Notes: a model not told the origin generated them from the letters alone. A DNA stretch of 64,000 nucleotides from Octopus sinensis (GCF_006345805.1 NC_043015.1:31620001-31684000); one strand, 5' to 3'. Positions 14,178-28,919 are shown, counted from the first letter of the stretch. Made by a program: numbers and translations.

Positions 14178-16308
14178 ATAAGCATATGTGGGTACAAGAT
14201 GTCACAAACTGTAAAGAACATGAAATACAAAAACAAGATTCATAACAGCTTCATACCATTAACAGGTGAAATAAACATTGGAGATGCTTTGCCCCATTGC
14301 AGAAACTGTAGGAGCTATTCATAAGCATATTGCAGGCTTTTCTTCTGAATCTATTGCAATGTAGGAAACCCTTCTGTACCATCGGCAGGGGTTTCAGGGT
14401 CACAAGCATTTCGTTCCTTAACTGGTACACTTAGCCTGAGTTGGGCAGCAGGGATTGAAAAAGTCTTTGTTTTTTGGAAGGTTTTTATTGACAATTTCTT
14501 GTTAATCACAGCCAACCTGAGCTGGTTTCAGCTGCCTTGCCTATCTTCTTGACAAATTTCATTTTCTTCAGTGGTCTGTGTTTCCTGATCAATCTTTTGC
14601 AGGAAATAATGCATTGATCTTACTGGAAAGCCACAGCAGCTGACTTCAATAGGGAATGAGGCTGTGTGCCATCCCTTGATATATATTTCAATGACTAAGA
14701 CCTGATATTTGGTTTTCTTTAGCTAGTGAGGAAATGTCAACTCTGTTTGCCTACAACACAGTTAATTCAATCTCGATGATAGTTTAAGCACTTCTGGAAG
14801 GTAGGAATTATCTCGTTGCAGTAATGTCACCATTACCTCCTCTAGGAAAAAGAGTCTTACAATTATCTTTCCTACATACATCAGATGTGGGCCTTAAAAC
14901 CCAGCTACGCTCTGAGCACATTTATGCTCTTAGTTATTTGCATTTGTTAACATTGCACATTCAGCAGATCACAACAGACTTATCTGTCTCCATCTTTTAA
15001 AAATCTTCCATATTCAACAATCAAGTCTTATTAATTGCAAGGCATCAAATCTCCTACAAATACTTCTTATTGCCTACTTTTACTCAAAGGCAGAAACCCT
15101 TTAATGCTAACACAAATTACCAAATTTCCTTAATTCATTATTTTCTTCTCTTTATATTATAGTTGAGAAAACCTCTATGCTGTTGTTTGCTGACCTGATA
15201 GAAATAGCAGTCAAATCTCCCTTAAAATCACACCTATCATCCCAATAAATAGAAAGAACACATTAGATAATCTGTTTTTAGAGAACCTTAAAAAGATAAC
15301 AATGCTACATTTGGAATGTCTTTGATCAAGAGCCTTCTGGAGCAAGGTTAGCCTGGGGTTACATAACAACAAATAAGTATAAAAGTAAATAAATAAATCT
15401 TCAATAAATAAAATAAAATAAATAAAATGAAAATAGTGAACTGGCAGAGATGTTAGCACGCTGGGCGAAATGCTTAGCGGTATTTTGTCTGTCGTCACGT
15501 TCTGAGTTCAAATTCTGCTGAGGTTGACTTTTCCTTATAAAGAAACAAAATCTTAAATAAAATATATAGAATCTAAGGATTTACCTGAAGACAATGTTAG
15601 ATGCAGCTTGAATATTTTTACCACCATATTCTGTTGTGATCCAGTTAGGTCTGGGTACAACTTTCCACTGAGCATAACAAGATTCAGAAAACTGGGTGAA
15701 ATTCCACTTGTTTGGGTAAAACATATCTTTGATGCCATCTGTGCAGCTTGGCATTACCATTTCTGTACAAGACTGATAATAAAACAAACAATAAAGAGTT
15801 TCTTTTGTAAACACAGGGAACAGTTTTTGAAAGGGACACAGTTAATCCTAGTCTATTTCTGGAGTTTTATTTACACTGAAAGGTCCCTGGCTTTAAGGGT
15901 ATTGTGAAAGGCCTGGTTGGAGGCTCAACCTTCTGAGTTCTCTTACAAGATTTTAGAAAAACTGAAGGACCTCTGCAATAAGTGTGAATCTGAGAGGGGA
16001 ATATTTTGAATAAAATCATAATTAATGGATCCTCCCATATCTTCTTTTACCCAAAACCAAGAACTTTTCAGCCCTATGTATAAAAGGATTTGGGTGAGGT
16101 TGTTGCCAGTACCGCCTGACTGGCCCCCATGCCAGTGGCACGTAAAAAGCACCCACCACACTCTCGGAGTGGTTGGCATTTGGAAGGGCATCCAGCTGTA
16201 GAAACTCTGCCAAATCAAGACTGGGACCTGGTGCAGCCATCTGGTTCACCAGCCCTCAGTCAAAATCGTCCAACCCATGCTAGCATGGAAAGCAGACGTT
16301 AAATGATG

Positions 16309-16341
<33 letters not shown>

Positions 16342-19300
16342 CACACATATACATACATATACATGTTTATGTGTGTGTACATGTCCATACACACAAATAT
16401 GTATATATGTAGCATATCTAAGAATCCTCATATCAAATAAAATAAAATTTTTTAAAAATTGTACTCATATATTTGTCAATAGAGTAGGTATATTATTATT
16501 TATACAATACAGTATTATAAATTTGTTTCAGCTAATTTTACCAATCAGTTTTGCATGAGTTAGAGAATAACAAAAGATGGAGTTTGTCAGAAAGTCTGGC
16601 ATGGAAAATATAGTGACAGATCTCTGCTACTGGAGATTAAGTCAGTGTTACATCCAGGTTGTGGGTGTAGGGGGGGGGTGTGTGAACAAAAAGACCCCTG
16701 GGTGAAATTAAGAGAATTTATTGAGAGTTATGCGCCTTGCACAAAATGCCCTCACACCATGAAGGAACTCTGGCTTTTCATTTCTTTATACAAGGGGCAT
16801 AACTCTCGATGAATTCTCCTCTGAACTTCTCCCAAAAGTTTTTACATTTTACTTCTTTTTTTTTTTCCCCACAGCACTCACAAACCAGATCTGATACTTG
16901 TTGATCTCCAGTAGCAGAGAGGCATAGCCACATTTTCCATACCAGTCCTTCTAACAAGCACCGTCTTAATTTATCCTTAATTTGCGTGCAAAGACACATG
17001 ATAAAATCAGCTGAAATGGGTCTATAAAACAGTATAGAATGAATATTTATATATGTATGTATAATATACTGTATTTAATGGTGAAACTCAAAAGAATAAA
17101 ACCTCTTGTATAGCAACAAAAGAGCTTTAAAAAACAAAAACAAATTACCTACTGTGTAACCAAATCGAACAAAGAATTCATTAGTTAGTTGGATATTTAA
17201 TCAATTCACTAATAAGAAAGGAGTGGAATTGAACCAGAGCATGTGTTACTGGCATAATGACCCTCCCTAGACACAACAAAATTTGTTTCAACACACAAAT
17301 TCACATTAAGAATCTTGCAAACGAGATGCAAAAATGAAATGTATGTATGTATGCATGTATGTATGTGTGTGTGTGTGTGTGTGTTTGTACACATACATAC
17401 ATATTTATATATACATATCAGTCTCTTTTACTGAACTGCTAAATTACTAGGACGTAAACAAACCAACACAAGTTGCCAGGTAGTGGTGGGAGACAAACAC
17501 AAACACAAGGATGCACATACACCCACACATACATGCACCCAAACACAAAAATGCATGCAGACATGCACACATTTGCAGATAAATTAGAGTGAAAGATAAG
17601 AGTTAACTCACCTGATAGCTCCATCCTAGATCTCCCATGTTTGAACTGGACGTCTGGGTTAGATTGAAGCATGGAGTTTTACCCGTTGTGTTGTAGTAGA
17701 CTTGCAGGGATTTAGCCAGTGCAGAAATGAGGTGTTTACCATCCAGATGAGGGTCATTCAGTGGTATACAGGTTTTCTGAGGAGTAAACATTGATTGAGG
17801 GTTTCATTTATGAAAGAAAATATGAGAAGAGAGTGGGAGCAGAGAGAGAGAGAGGGTGAGAGAGAGAGAGTGAGAGAGGGAGGGAGGGAGAGGGGGAGGG
17901 AGTAGAGTGTGAGACAGACAGAGAGACAATGTGTTAAGTTACTAATTTGTTGGATCATCACTGATGTCATTATCTTTGGGAAAGAATTACAAAAATGATA
18001 AAACTGGAGTGAAATTTCTTCAGTCACATCACCCCTACCACCCACCATTCTGCATTTTCTCTAATCCAACAGGTGGATTTGAACACAGCACTGTAAGTTT
18101 ATATAAAGCAAGTTAGTAATACACTGTTATTGGTTACACTGGTGAACTGTACCATTTCATGGTACCGATCTACAGACAGATAGTCTGAGTCAATAAGAGG
18201 AATTAAGTGTAAGGTCCATAGACAAAAAATGAATCAGCAAGAAAGCCTCCTGTGGTATTTGGCCCTGCTAGATATAGCAGCCAAATCTCCATCAAAATCA
18301 TACCCAACTGTCTTACAAATATAGGAAATTTTAGATAATGTAGTCCTAGATACATGTAAAAATATTGGATATGTCATGGCTGGAATGACTTTGATCATAG
18401 ATCTGGTCAGTAATGGTTGTCCTTAGGCTAAACAACAACAATAATGATGATGTTACTGATACATTTCTGTGTTAACACCTGAATGTTTGTTTGTCCATGA
18501 GACAGTGAAATTTGAACCCAACATCTCTTTACTTACTTTCACAGGCCAGGCAGGTAGAGGCTGAAGAAAATTGGTTGAGTAAGGATAATCCATCATTGCT
18601 AAATCAAACCATGTGTCACTCAACCATTCCTTGAGGTCACCAACTGTAGAGTTTTCTAGGCTTGAACACAACTTTAATTCTTCAGAGAGAAACTTCAGAC
18701 CTTCACCTGTAAAAAGAATTATTGACTTTTAGTAAATATCTCATGATATTATACTTCAGATGTGTCAATGACACAAACTTATATCCCCAGACTTACAGTT
18801 GGATGTCATCAATGGCTAAGTCTATCTTGGAAACACTTGCTACCAGAGTCACTTTATGTCAATACATTTTTCACCTGTGCTCATGTTATCCAAGTCTACC
18901 CTAAAATCAATTATCACACTAAATCCTTTTCTCAACAAATCAATTGGTACCTATTTTGTCAACAGTTAACACTACCCACAAACCAACTACTAAGGTTTGA
19001 CTGTGGCCATGCTGGAGCTCTGCCTTTAGTCGAACAAATCGACCCCAGGTCTTATTCTTTGTAAGCCTAATACTTATTCTATCGGTTTCTTTTGCCGAAC
19101 TGCTAAGTCACGGGGATATAAACACCAGCACCGGTTGTCAAGCGATGTTGCGGGGACAATCACAGACACACATGTACACACACACATATATATATATACA
19201 TATACCTATATATGCAGTCACATATTACTTTTCTTGGTCAACTAATTGATGATTATTTCTTCACCCACCTTTTACTCTTGACGTTGTTGAGAAAATTCTG

Positions 19301-22300
19301 TATTTTGGAAGTTATTTCTTGTTAAAATTGTCGTATTTCGGTAATTTCAACCAATCACTATCATGTATTCAGCTGAATAAAATTACTGCTGTTATTTGTC
19401 AAAAACAACTTCGGGCGGTTTATATTTCGCTTTTCACTGTTATTTATGACATATTTCATCTCAGTTACATTTGTATGAATAAACGAGTCTATCTGAAGCA
19501 TGTTTACTTCATGGCACCACCATAATCGTTCATGCTTCATTTTTCATTTTTTTCCATAACTCTAACCCTAAAACCTTAACCCTAACCCCAAAACCGTAAC
19601 CCAAACCCTAACTCTAAAACCCTAACCCTAAAACCCTAGCCCTAACCCTAAAATCCTAGCCCTAACCCTAAAACCCTAACCCTAAAACCCTAGCCCTAAA
19701 ATCCTAACCCTAACCCTAAAACCTTAAAGCTAAAACCAGTACAAACGCATGAACGATATCATAAATAACAGTGACAAATGAAAAATACACCGCTGATAGT
19801 TGTTGACAAACAACAGCAGTAACAAAATATGAATTTTGAAAGAAGTTACTATAAAACTAGTTTTTAAATAACGAATGGTTATGAGGGTCCACAGAATAAG
19901 ATAATAATCAAAGGGATCCATAGGTAAAAAATGGTTGAAAACCCCTAGCCTAGACTGACCTGAGGTGCTACTCAAAGCAATGTTATTCAACTCTTTGATA
20001 AGGCACTCATATTGTTTCTATCTAATTTGTCCTTAGTCATTATGAACTGTCTTCATATTATTAGTGAAAACTTTTATCTATTCCATTTGATATATCTTGA
20101 ATGCTGTTCTAAATGTTCAAGTGTTGCATCTGTGTAAACGCAAATCTTTCCGATTAATAAGACTGTATGAGAATTAATATCAATATTAGCGTGGTCGTTA
20201 TGGATATAGCACAAAGCCCTCCAAATGTCATTCATCAATAACCATTTACTGACCTTAATACTAAACTAAAGGTAAATCTGGGATGGAAGCACTCCGTCGG
20301 TTACGACGATGAGGGTTCCGGTTGATCCGAATCAACGGAACAGCCTGCTCGTGAAATTAACGTGTAAGTGGCTGAGCACTCCACAGACACGTGTACCCTT
20401 AACATAGTTCTCGGGGATATTCGGCGTGACACAGAGAGTGACAAGGCCGGCCCTTTGAAATACAGGTACAACAGAAACAGGAAGTAAGAGTGAGAGAAAG
20501 TTGTGGTGAAAGAGTACAGCAGGGATCACCACCGTCCCCTGCCAGAGCCTCGCGGAGCTTTAGGTGTTTTCGCTCAATAAACACTCACAATGCCCGGTCT
20601 GGGAATTGAAACCGCGATCCTATGACCGCGAGTCCGCTGCCCTAACCACTGGGCCATTGCGCCTCCACAAAGGTAAATCTCCAGCTTACCTCATCCCTCT
20701 TCATGTATATCTGTAACATTGATAATGTTGCAGTTAACATTAGTATAAATGTAACATCAATCAGTGGTACTGCTATGAAGAATTTTGGTCAAACGAATCA
20801 GCTCCAGCATTTATTTTATTTTAGGCCTGGTACTTATTCTATTGGTCTCTTCTGCCGAACTGCTAAGTTACAGGGACATAAACACACCAATAATCAATTG
20901 TCAAACAGTGTTGGGGGACAAAACACATACACAATGATACACACATATAGATATACGTCGTCGCCGTTGTCGTCATCATCATCATAATCAATCATCGTCA
21001 TCATCGTCATCATCATCGTCGTCATCATCATCGTAGTCATCATCATCGTAGTCATCATCATCGTCATCATCATCATTGTAGTCATCATCATTGTCATCAT
21101 CATCATCATTATCATCGTCATCATCATCATCGTCGTCGTCATCATCATCAATGTCATCATCATCGTCGTCGTCATCGTTGTCATCGTCATTATCATCATT
21201 TAACATCAGCCTTCCATGTTCCTTATCATATAAATAGTGTTCTAGAATATGAGTTTCATTTACTAGAAATGATGCTGAATAAAATAATTCTTTTGTTTTC
21301 ACATTGTAACATTCTTTTATGAAAAAGCAATCTTTATATCCAACTTGAACATGTATGTCTAGTTAGAACACTTGCCAACCCAAAATATGTGTGTGTGAAG
21401 GTGCATGGCTCAGTGGTTAGAGTGTCAGGCTCACAATTATGAGGTAGTGAGTTCGATTCCTGGACTGGGCTGTAAGCTGTGTTCTTTCTCTTTGGACTTT
21501 TCTCTTTCCAATGAAGAGCTATGCTCAAAATGTTAACAACTCTCTCCTTTCACCAAGCGTCAAATTAATATATTTCTTGTGCACAACCTCATGTTCATTT
21601 TTTCTTTCTCTGTTTTTTAATTGTTTGTTCTTTAAATTGACTATATATATTTAGTTTCAGCTCAAACCTGTGGCCATGCTGGGGTACCAATATTTTATAT
21701 ATATATATTTTCCAGTCAGTTCTTGCTCACAGTTACTGCCCGCCAAGAAGAATTGGGGGACAACATCTTAGTCACATTTTCCATTTTAAGCACGGCTTCT
21801 ATGTTCTATTTCTCATGACATTCCAATTACCAACCAGTTTTCAAAGTATACTAGTTATCTTTTACAGCAGCAAGATTTTACAGAAGAAAGAATATCTTGT
21901 CTCAGAGAAGTCTCAACATCCTATATTTGTCTAGCTTATAAAAAAAAAGGGGGTTTCTAATTCCAAATAATTTGGTGTTATGTATAGTTCCAAGAATAAA
22001 ACACCTGATAACAATCTGAGATGAAACAGACTGAAATACAGATGCTAATATTCCTTCAAATATTCATTATTAAGGGTGAGGTTAATTGCCTAAAAAATCA
22101 TAATCTTATCAATTATGATCTGTCATCATCATCATCATCATCATCATTTAACGTCCATTGTCCATGCTGCCATGGGTTGAACAGTTTGACCAGGGCTGGC
22201 AAACTGGAAGGCTGCAACAAACTTCAGTCTGATTTGGCATGGTTTCTAAGGTTAACTCTAAGACCCTTCGATTCTAGACCTTGCTTCCATACCTGAAACT

Positions 22301-22740
22301 TCTCGACATTTGAAAAAATATCATTTGAAGAGAAAATATAAAAATCTTCACTTACTGTATTTTCCAAGATCATCAATTACTTTCCAACTTTTCCGGATGT
22401 TTCCTGGACAATGTTCACCTCCAAGTTTAAATGTGTTTGTTATGACAGTAAATAACCCATTGCATTTAGATATCCCAGGAAATCCCCAAATTGGAGCAGA
22501 GGCTGCAATTGACCTGGAGGTAAAGCCAACAGAACAAAAACAACAGCAATGTAACGTAGTAATGACTAAATTAGTGTTGACATAGTTAATAATAAAGTAC
22601 TAAATAGCTAATGAGAAATAATTATGTGGTGGCATAAATAGACAAACGAATTAGTTTTAACATTTAGTACTTAAAACCCGAAACAGGAAGAGAGAAAGGA
22701 CTGTTAGATAGAAACTGAGATGAAGCCCACCATGTATGTA

Positions 22741-22771
<31 letters not shown>

Positions 22772-25700
22772 CATCATTAGCATCATTTCAGATCTATTTT
22801 TCATGCTGCTATGGGTTGGGTGGATTGTCTCGAGGCTGGGATTGGCACAAATTTGAGGCTACTGCTCATCTAGATGGGTCAAGAGGCCTTATTTCATTCA
22901 TTTTTGGTTAGGTTTCTACAGCTGCATGTCCTTCCCAACACCAACCGCTTTACAGTGTACTGGGTGGCTTTTTTTTGTGGCCCCTGTACTAGAAAGGTGC
23001 CATGGCCTCAACAAAACTAACAGGTCTTCACAACCTCATGCTTTACAATGTGCACTGAGTGCATTTTTCTTGACACCGGCACTAGGGAGGTAGCCATGTA
23101 CCCAGCATAACAAAAGAGACTTCAAAACCCCTCATCTCTCTTAATTCCTCAGCTTCTTTACTCTTTATATCTTTATATCATTGTTGCTAAAAACAGGATG
23201 ATTTTGGTTTGAATGTCCCTGATCAAAGACTCCTTTCATTGGTATTGAGCTTGGACTCAGTAACATAAAACCAATGGTGAAGACATCAATAATTATGATG
23301 ACAAGGATGAGGAACAAAAAGGAGAAGAAGAAGAACAACGACTACAACAACAAAGGGTGGCATGGAAATAAGTCGGTGTGTTCTTACCCAACAATCACTC
23401 CAGCATATTTCATTCGAAACCAAGCTGATAACATCCCACCATAGGAACCACCAAAGGCCACAACAGAACTGTTTTGGGCACCTTTTATGATGGATTTCAT
23501 GTGTTGAATCAGTTTGGCATAGTCTTCGAGAGCTTGTTCTGATGTTAAGTAGGACAGCTTTACAGGATCCTACAAGAAGAAAATAACAAATAATCATTAC
23601 CATTGTCATCACTATGCAATCAATATTCAAAAATTTATCCAAAATATTTATTTGGCCTTATCCATCAGATCTGTAGTGACGTCATTCTTCAGTGTGCGTG
23701 TGCGGGGCTGGAACCTTCTGGAAAGGCCTAAGGAAGTTCCCTCACGCACATGCACTAGAGACTGGGGAAGAAAATTCTATCGCGTTCCTTGTTAGCGTCG
23801 GTGACTTGAGACACGGCTATTGAAGAGAGAGGACGTGTTAAACGTGTGATTAGCCTATTCTCCTGTCCCAGACGCTTGGGATTTGACCTGCTCTGTTGCT
23901 GCTGAATTTGTTGTGAGGTTTATCTTACAAATGTTAAAATTCAGCCTTGCTATATCGAACCAAGTGGTTACCAATATACCAACGTGCCTCTTTTGTAAAT
24001 AAGAAAATAAAGAGTCATATATATTTTTAAGGTTGCGTTCTTGTTCCTGACTGGTAGTTTCAGGAAACAAAAGAAAGGAAATTGTGTTGCACCCAAACAG
24101 TGTAAAGACATAACCTGTTCCAACCAGTTCCTTTACAGATCTTTATACCTAAATAATTGTTTCTGGTATTACACAAATCCTGAAATTTGGAGATGAGGCT
24201 TAACCTTGAGCAAGCTTAGTGCATTATGTCATTTGTTGGACGTTTCTCCCCTGTGGCTCAAGGCACATTGTATTGCACTGAGAGGAGAGAAAACTCATAC
24301 AGCAACATGATGCTCCTCCAGTGTGCTAAAGGTTAATTACCTAAATTGACCCCAGTACTTGACTAGTACTATATTTTAGCAACTCTTTGGACTGAAAGGC
24401 AAAGTTGATCTCAGAACATAAAGAATTACACTGAATGTCTCTTACCATTTTGCTTGATTCCTTAATGATTCACCCAAACTACCATAAAAATATTTTTCAT
24501 TTAGAATTTTAATTACACAGTAATTCAGTACCCAAGCATCCACTTCAAATAATGGAGCTTTCTATATATTTTTTATATATAAAGGGCAGAAAATATTTTT
24601 CCATTCCAAGATGAATAAGGTATCAAGTCAAACTTAAAATCCTAACGAAAATGAATTCTATAATAAATTTAACTCTACTTTTCACAGAATTTACTTTCAG
24701 TAAATGTTTGCTTGTTATTTTTAACACAGCTTTAAAAAAATAATAAACTTAAATAAATTGTAATATACTAAGGCATTGTGTTTACAGCTGAATGCCTTTC
24801 CTAGCACTAAACTTAATCTGTTTTTCAAGTTATTCTACACATCTTTGAAGGTACAAAACCAGCGGACAATTTTTTGTTAAGGGAAATGACAATAACATCA
24901 CCATAAGGGACTTGTGTAAAAAAGCAACTGTAAACAAACACAAAAACAGCCATACATAGACACATACAGTACAAGATGGGTGTCTTCCGATTTCCACTTA
25001 TTAAAACCACTCACAAGATTTTGGTGGTCAACCAGAGGCTATAGTAGAAGGCACTTGCACAGGTTATTTAATAGGCACACAAAACAGTATTGTAAATTAC
25101 TGAAGTGACTGTTGGTGTTTTATCTGCAGTAAAAATGGCTTTATATACATACATACATACATATATCTATATCTATATATTTAGAAGGTTGTCTATCATG
25201 GCTGGTCAGACAGTGACCATTGGTTTCACACCTATAAATCATTTAGCTGTACAGGTGATTTGTCAGACTCAAATGGCTGGAGGCACATAACCTCTCTACA
25301 ACTTGTGGAAGGAAAACGTCATGGCCAGTTAGTTTTGTAAACAAAATATATCTGGAATGAAACCCTCCAGGTAAGCTTTTTTATGCACACACAAATTCTT
25401 CAACCAGTTTAACACCACAGCATGGCTCTTGATATAAACATTTAGACTAGGTCTAGTTTAAGGGTAGATACCCTATTGTTTTGAAGCACTGTTTCCTACT
25501 ATAGTAAACTCAACAGTCTTGGTTTCTCCCTCTCTTTGAGGGCCTACGAAAGGGTCACTGTCATCACTGTCCTTTTCTCTCTAACTAAACTTTGTTAACG
25601 GCACAGAAATAAAAGTTGGAGTAATATCACAAAAAGTTCAGTGTCTCACCTTATAAGATTCTGTCCCATATGGTAATGACTTGCCATAGTAACGATGCTC

Positions 25701-28700
25701 AGCAAAGACCAACATGGCACCAAATTTTCCAGCAATGTCCATCATGAAACCCTGCAGATAAAATGAAACATCTTGAAAAAAAATTTTCAGTCAAAGATCA
25801 AAGACAAGGAATATTTGCAGAATAGGTCAGGTTTAGTAAAGATAAATAACACACACACAAACATGTGTGTATGTGTACATGTGTCCGCATGCACACACAC
25901 ACATGTATATAACATATACACATCGTAGCCATTGCCAGCCTTGCCTGGCACCTGTGCCGGTGGTACGTAAAAAGCACCCACTACACTCACGGAGTGGTTG
26001 GCGTTCGGAAGGGCATCCAGCTGTAGAAACACTGCCAGATCAGACTGGAGCCTGGTGCAGCCTTCTGGCTTCCCAGACCCCGGTCGAACCGTCCAACCCA
26101 TGCTAGCATGGAAAACGGACGTTAAACAATGATGATGATGATGATATGACATATATATCAATTACCCAAAATATACATATATATAATCAATTACCCAAAA
26201 TCCCAAAAGAGTATGGGCACCCAACAGTAGAATACTACCTCAAGACATCTTTCCAACCCATGCCAATGTGGAAAAAGTGAACAGAAAAATGACAATGATG
26301 GTGATGATGATGACGATGATGATGATGATGACGATGATGATGATGACGATGACAATGAATGACATGTATAATTACAGTTATACTGACCGTGTTTTTTAAA
26401 AACCAGACAATATCTCCTTCATTGCCAGTGTAAAAGAATATTGGGCCTCCATTTCTATCCCACCACTGAGTGGACACAAGGTATCTTTGTTGGTAGGTGT
26501 CTGTGTTCCGGCCAAAGTGGTCAACCTAAGAAAGAGTAGATAAGAGAAAAAAAACAATTACAGAGTTACAAGTCACAAGAGTGTTGTGCTCCAATGTTAC
26601 AAGTATGTTGCGTTACATGCCACTGCTGTGTTATGTTACATGTTACTGAAGTCTTGTGTTACACATAATTGGTGAGTTGTGTTACATGTTAATTTCCCCC
26701 ATTAATCATGTTTAATCATGAAATTTATTTTATAAAAAGACATTTGGTGATATGACAGTAATATACCAAATTTGCCATCAAGATGTAGGACGAGATACTG
26801 TGATAGCCTGGGCTTCCGAGGCCCACAGCTCTTCAATATCCTCCTGAAGAACCTAAGAGACCTGCATGGGGTGGATGCAGATGTCTTTAAAATGAAACTG
26901 GATCTCTTCTTGTCAGGTGTCCCAGATGAACCAACTTCACGGCAGGAGGTGCAGATGAGGGCAGCTGCATCGAACTCTCTCATGCACCAAATGGCAGTTG
27001 CTAAAAAGCATTCGTGAAGTAAAATCATGTAGCAACACCAAATGGCGGTGCCCCAGCATGGCCACAGCTTGTGAGCTGAAACTAGATAAAATTTTTTAAA
27101 ATATATAAAATAATACCCTTTTTACTTCTTCAAACAAATGAATGTTAATAATAATAACAATGGTTTCAGATTTTGGCACAAGGCCAGCAATTTCTAGTGC
27201 ACAACTGGTACTTATTTTATTGACCCCCACCACCAATGGAATGAAAAGCGAAGTCAACCTCAATAGAATTTGAACTCAGAACATAAAGATGGATGAAATG
27301 CTGCTAAGCATTTTTCAATTCTGCCAGTTTACCATATCGGTCTGCGGGGACGTAAACATACCACACCCGGTTGCTGAGGAGTGAGGGTGGGGGCAAACAC
27401 TGACACAGAGATGCACATACAAGCACACACACACACATATATAAGTGGGCTTCTTTCAGTTTCCGTCAACCAAATCCACTCACAAAGCTTTGGGCGATCC
27501 GAGGCTGAAGTAGAAAACAATGTCCAAGGTGCCGCACAGCGGGACTGAACCCGGAACCATGTGGTTGGGAAACAAAGTTCTTTCCACACAGGTACGCATG
27601 CGTAATTTTTTTTCTTTCTTTTATAAATATTTAGAACTTATTTCGGTAATATTTCAGTTCATCCTTCATATATTTTTTAAAGTAATTAAAAACGGGATGA
27701 AGAGTTTATTGCCTTTGTTTTTAGTATCAGTCAACCGAAAAGTTTTAAAGAAATTTTGGACCTTCTTTAAATATGTTGCAGGCAAATGTTTTAGGCCGAA
27801 AGAAAGTGCCGAAGGAAAACTTATTGAGTATAAAATGAAAAGTGAAACTCTGAAGTGAGATGCGAATCTGAACTCGTGATTATTTGGCTGCTACTTCTAG
27901 CAAATTGAGCAACGGTAAGGGTTTCCTTTGTTTTATCTATCTATCTATTATTCTGTCTGTTTATTTATCTACCACTCAGACGATTTAATCGCCTATTTAT
28001 CTCCATCTCTTTTATCTATTGTTGTCTATCAAGTTATCAAACCCACTTAGCTTATTAACATTTCTACTCGAGACAGGAATGATATTGATAAAAAAAAAAA
28101 ATGAAACCTCATTCAAAACTTCCCTGTAGATTTTTTTGTAATATTATAATTTTATTATTATTATTATCATTATTATTATGGCAGCGAGCCGGGAGAACCG
28201 TTAGCGGTATTTCGTCTGTCGCTACGTTCTGAGTTCAAATCCCGCCGAGGTCGACTTTGCCTTTCATTCTTTCTGGGTTGATAAATTAAGTACCAGTTAA
28301 GCACTGGGGTCGATATAATCGACTTAATCCCTATGTCTGTCCATGTTTGTCTCCTCTATGTTTAGCCCCTTGTGGGTAATAAAGAAAACGAAACATTGCC
28401 GAAATAGGTATTTCGTCTGCCGTTACGTTCTGAGTTCAAATCCCGCCGAGGTCGACTTTGCCTTTCATTCTTTCCGGGTCGATAAATTAATACCAGTCAA
28501 GTACTGAGGTCGATGTAATTGACTATCACCCTCCCCCAAATTTCGGGCCTATAGTAAGAAAATATTATTATTATTATTATTATTATTAGTAGTAGTAGTA
28601 GTAGCAGAAGAAAAAGAACAACAAATGTAAACAAAATCTGTGCTTACAGCTTGAGTGAAGTACCGAGTTTCGAAATTGGTATGGAAGTATTCTGCAGAGA

Positions 28701-28842
28701 GAACTGGTTCATAGTAAGGTGTATACTTCGAAGATGTGGCCAACTGTCTTTTTAATGGTCGACCATGAAGGAATGCATGAGAGGACAGGATGAAAGCGTA
28801 AATAATAAGTAGAGACAAAGGCAAAAGGGCGTTGCGATCCAT
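13444..28842 (-). CDS. PRCP: Lysosomal Pro-X carboxypeptidase (PRCP, S28) paralogue A; 9 coding exons: 28648-28842, 26388-26525, 25650-25751, 23388-23569, 22356-22513, 18537-18706, 17612-17776, 15585-15772, 13444-13636; 496 aa
   Basis: Exons of 195/138/102/182/158/170/165/188/193 nt join in frame (1491 nt) with GT-AG boundaries. Signal peptide plus family motifs [38 protein letters not shown] (Ser), [31 protein letters not shown] (Asp), GAHHLDLR (His). Confidence 0.95.
15585..15772 (-). CDS. PRCP: PRCP-A exon 8 (SCTEMVMP...[15 protein letters not shown])
   Basis: ttatcag acceptor, GTAAAT donor, CTEM and SNIVFS motifs. Confidence 0.95.
17612..17776 (-). CDS. PRCP: PRCP-A exon 7 (VYYNTTG...LGWSYQ)
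   Basis: cctcag acceptor, GTGAGT donor. Confidence 0.93.
18537..18706 (-). CDS. PRCP: PRCP-A exon 6 ([22 protein letters not shown])
   Basis: tttacag acceptor, GTAAGT donor, conserved DYPY/PLPAWP. Confidence 0.95.
19555..19735. repeat. Degenerate (CCCTAA/ACCCTAAA)n telomere-like tract inside a MITE-like element
   Basis: ccctaaccccaaaaccgtaacc...; upstream flank resembles the 29517-29929 MITE. Confidence 0.7.
20280..20668 (-). mobile_element. Full-length tRNA-derived SINE with 12-bp TSD
   Basis: A box TGGCCCAGTGG, B box GGTTTCAATTCC; TSD AAAGGTAAATCT at 20268-20279 and 20669-20680. Confidence 0.85.
20956..21198. repeat. (CAT/CGT)n trinucleotide tract
   Basis: Imperfect tcatcatcgtc repeats, giving artefactual poly-Asp and poly-Met ORFs. 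Confidence 0.9.
22356..22513 (-). CDS. PRCP: PRCP-A exon 5 (SIAASAPIW...IRKSWKVID)
   Basis: cctccag acceptor, GTAAGT donor, phases 2/1 fit neighbouring exons. Confidence 0.93.
23388..23569 (-). CDS. PRCP: PRCP-A exon 4 (catalytic Ser, GGSYGGML)
   Basis: ttgtag acceptor, GTAAGA donor; [11 protein letters not shown] and [17 protein letters not shown]. Confidence 0.95.
23672..24137 (+). mobile_element. Solo LTR (Gypsy-type) in PRCP-A intron 3
   Basis: TGTA...TACA ends, 4-bp TSD GATC on both sides, internal AATAAA; 466 bp. Confidence 0.75.
25650..25751 (-). CDS. PRCP: PRCP-A exon 3 (GFMMDIA...[19 protein letters not shown])
   Basis: ctgcag acceptor, GTGAGA donor, EHRYYG motif. Confidence 0.95.
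26388..26525 (-). CDS. PRCP: PRCP-A exon 2 (VDHF...[20 protein letters not shown])
   Basis: cttag acceptor, GTCAGT donor, S28 motif. Confidence 0.95.
26745..27090 (+). mobile_element. 3' end of a CR1-like LINE, same family as 62069-63945
   Basis: [38 protein letters not shown] matches the 62129-62830 ORF. Confidence 0.8.
28648..28842 (-). CDS. PRCP: PRCP-A exon 1 (signal peptide/propeptide, [23 protein letters not shown]...YFTQA)
   Basis: ATG at 28842, hydrophobic leader, donor GTAAGC; homologous to 34843-35037. Confidence 0.88.
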
Positions 28843-28919
28843 TACAAGTTGCAGTCGCGAGAACCAAAGTTAACGTGTGGCAAGAATGAAGTGAAAGATA
28901 ATTTTTTTAAGCGGTCGAA

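Noticed and set aside
19555-19735. Telomere or chromosome fusion site
   Set aside because: Short, degenerate, single orientation, and inside a MITE-related element in an intron
20894-21302. Poly-Asp (aspein-like) or poly-Met protein
   Set aside because: (CAT)n microsatellite in PRCP-A intron 5 with no splice or signal context
21395-21475. tRNA gene (also 11441-11514, 20590-20668, 60015-60075)
   Set aside because: A/B boxes present but no complete cloverleaf or acceptor stem; these are SINE heads
23286-23642. 118-aa ORF (and 39662-40033) as a separate protein
   Set aside because: Alternative frame overlapping PRCP exon 4; the true frame contains GGSYGG
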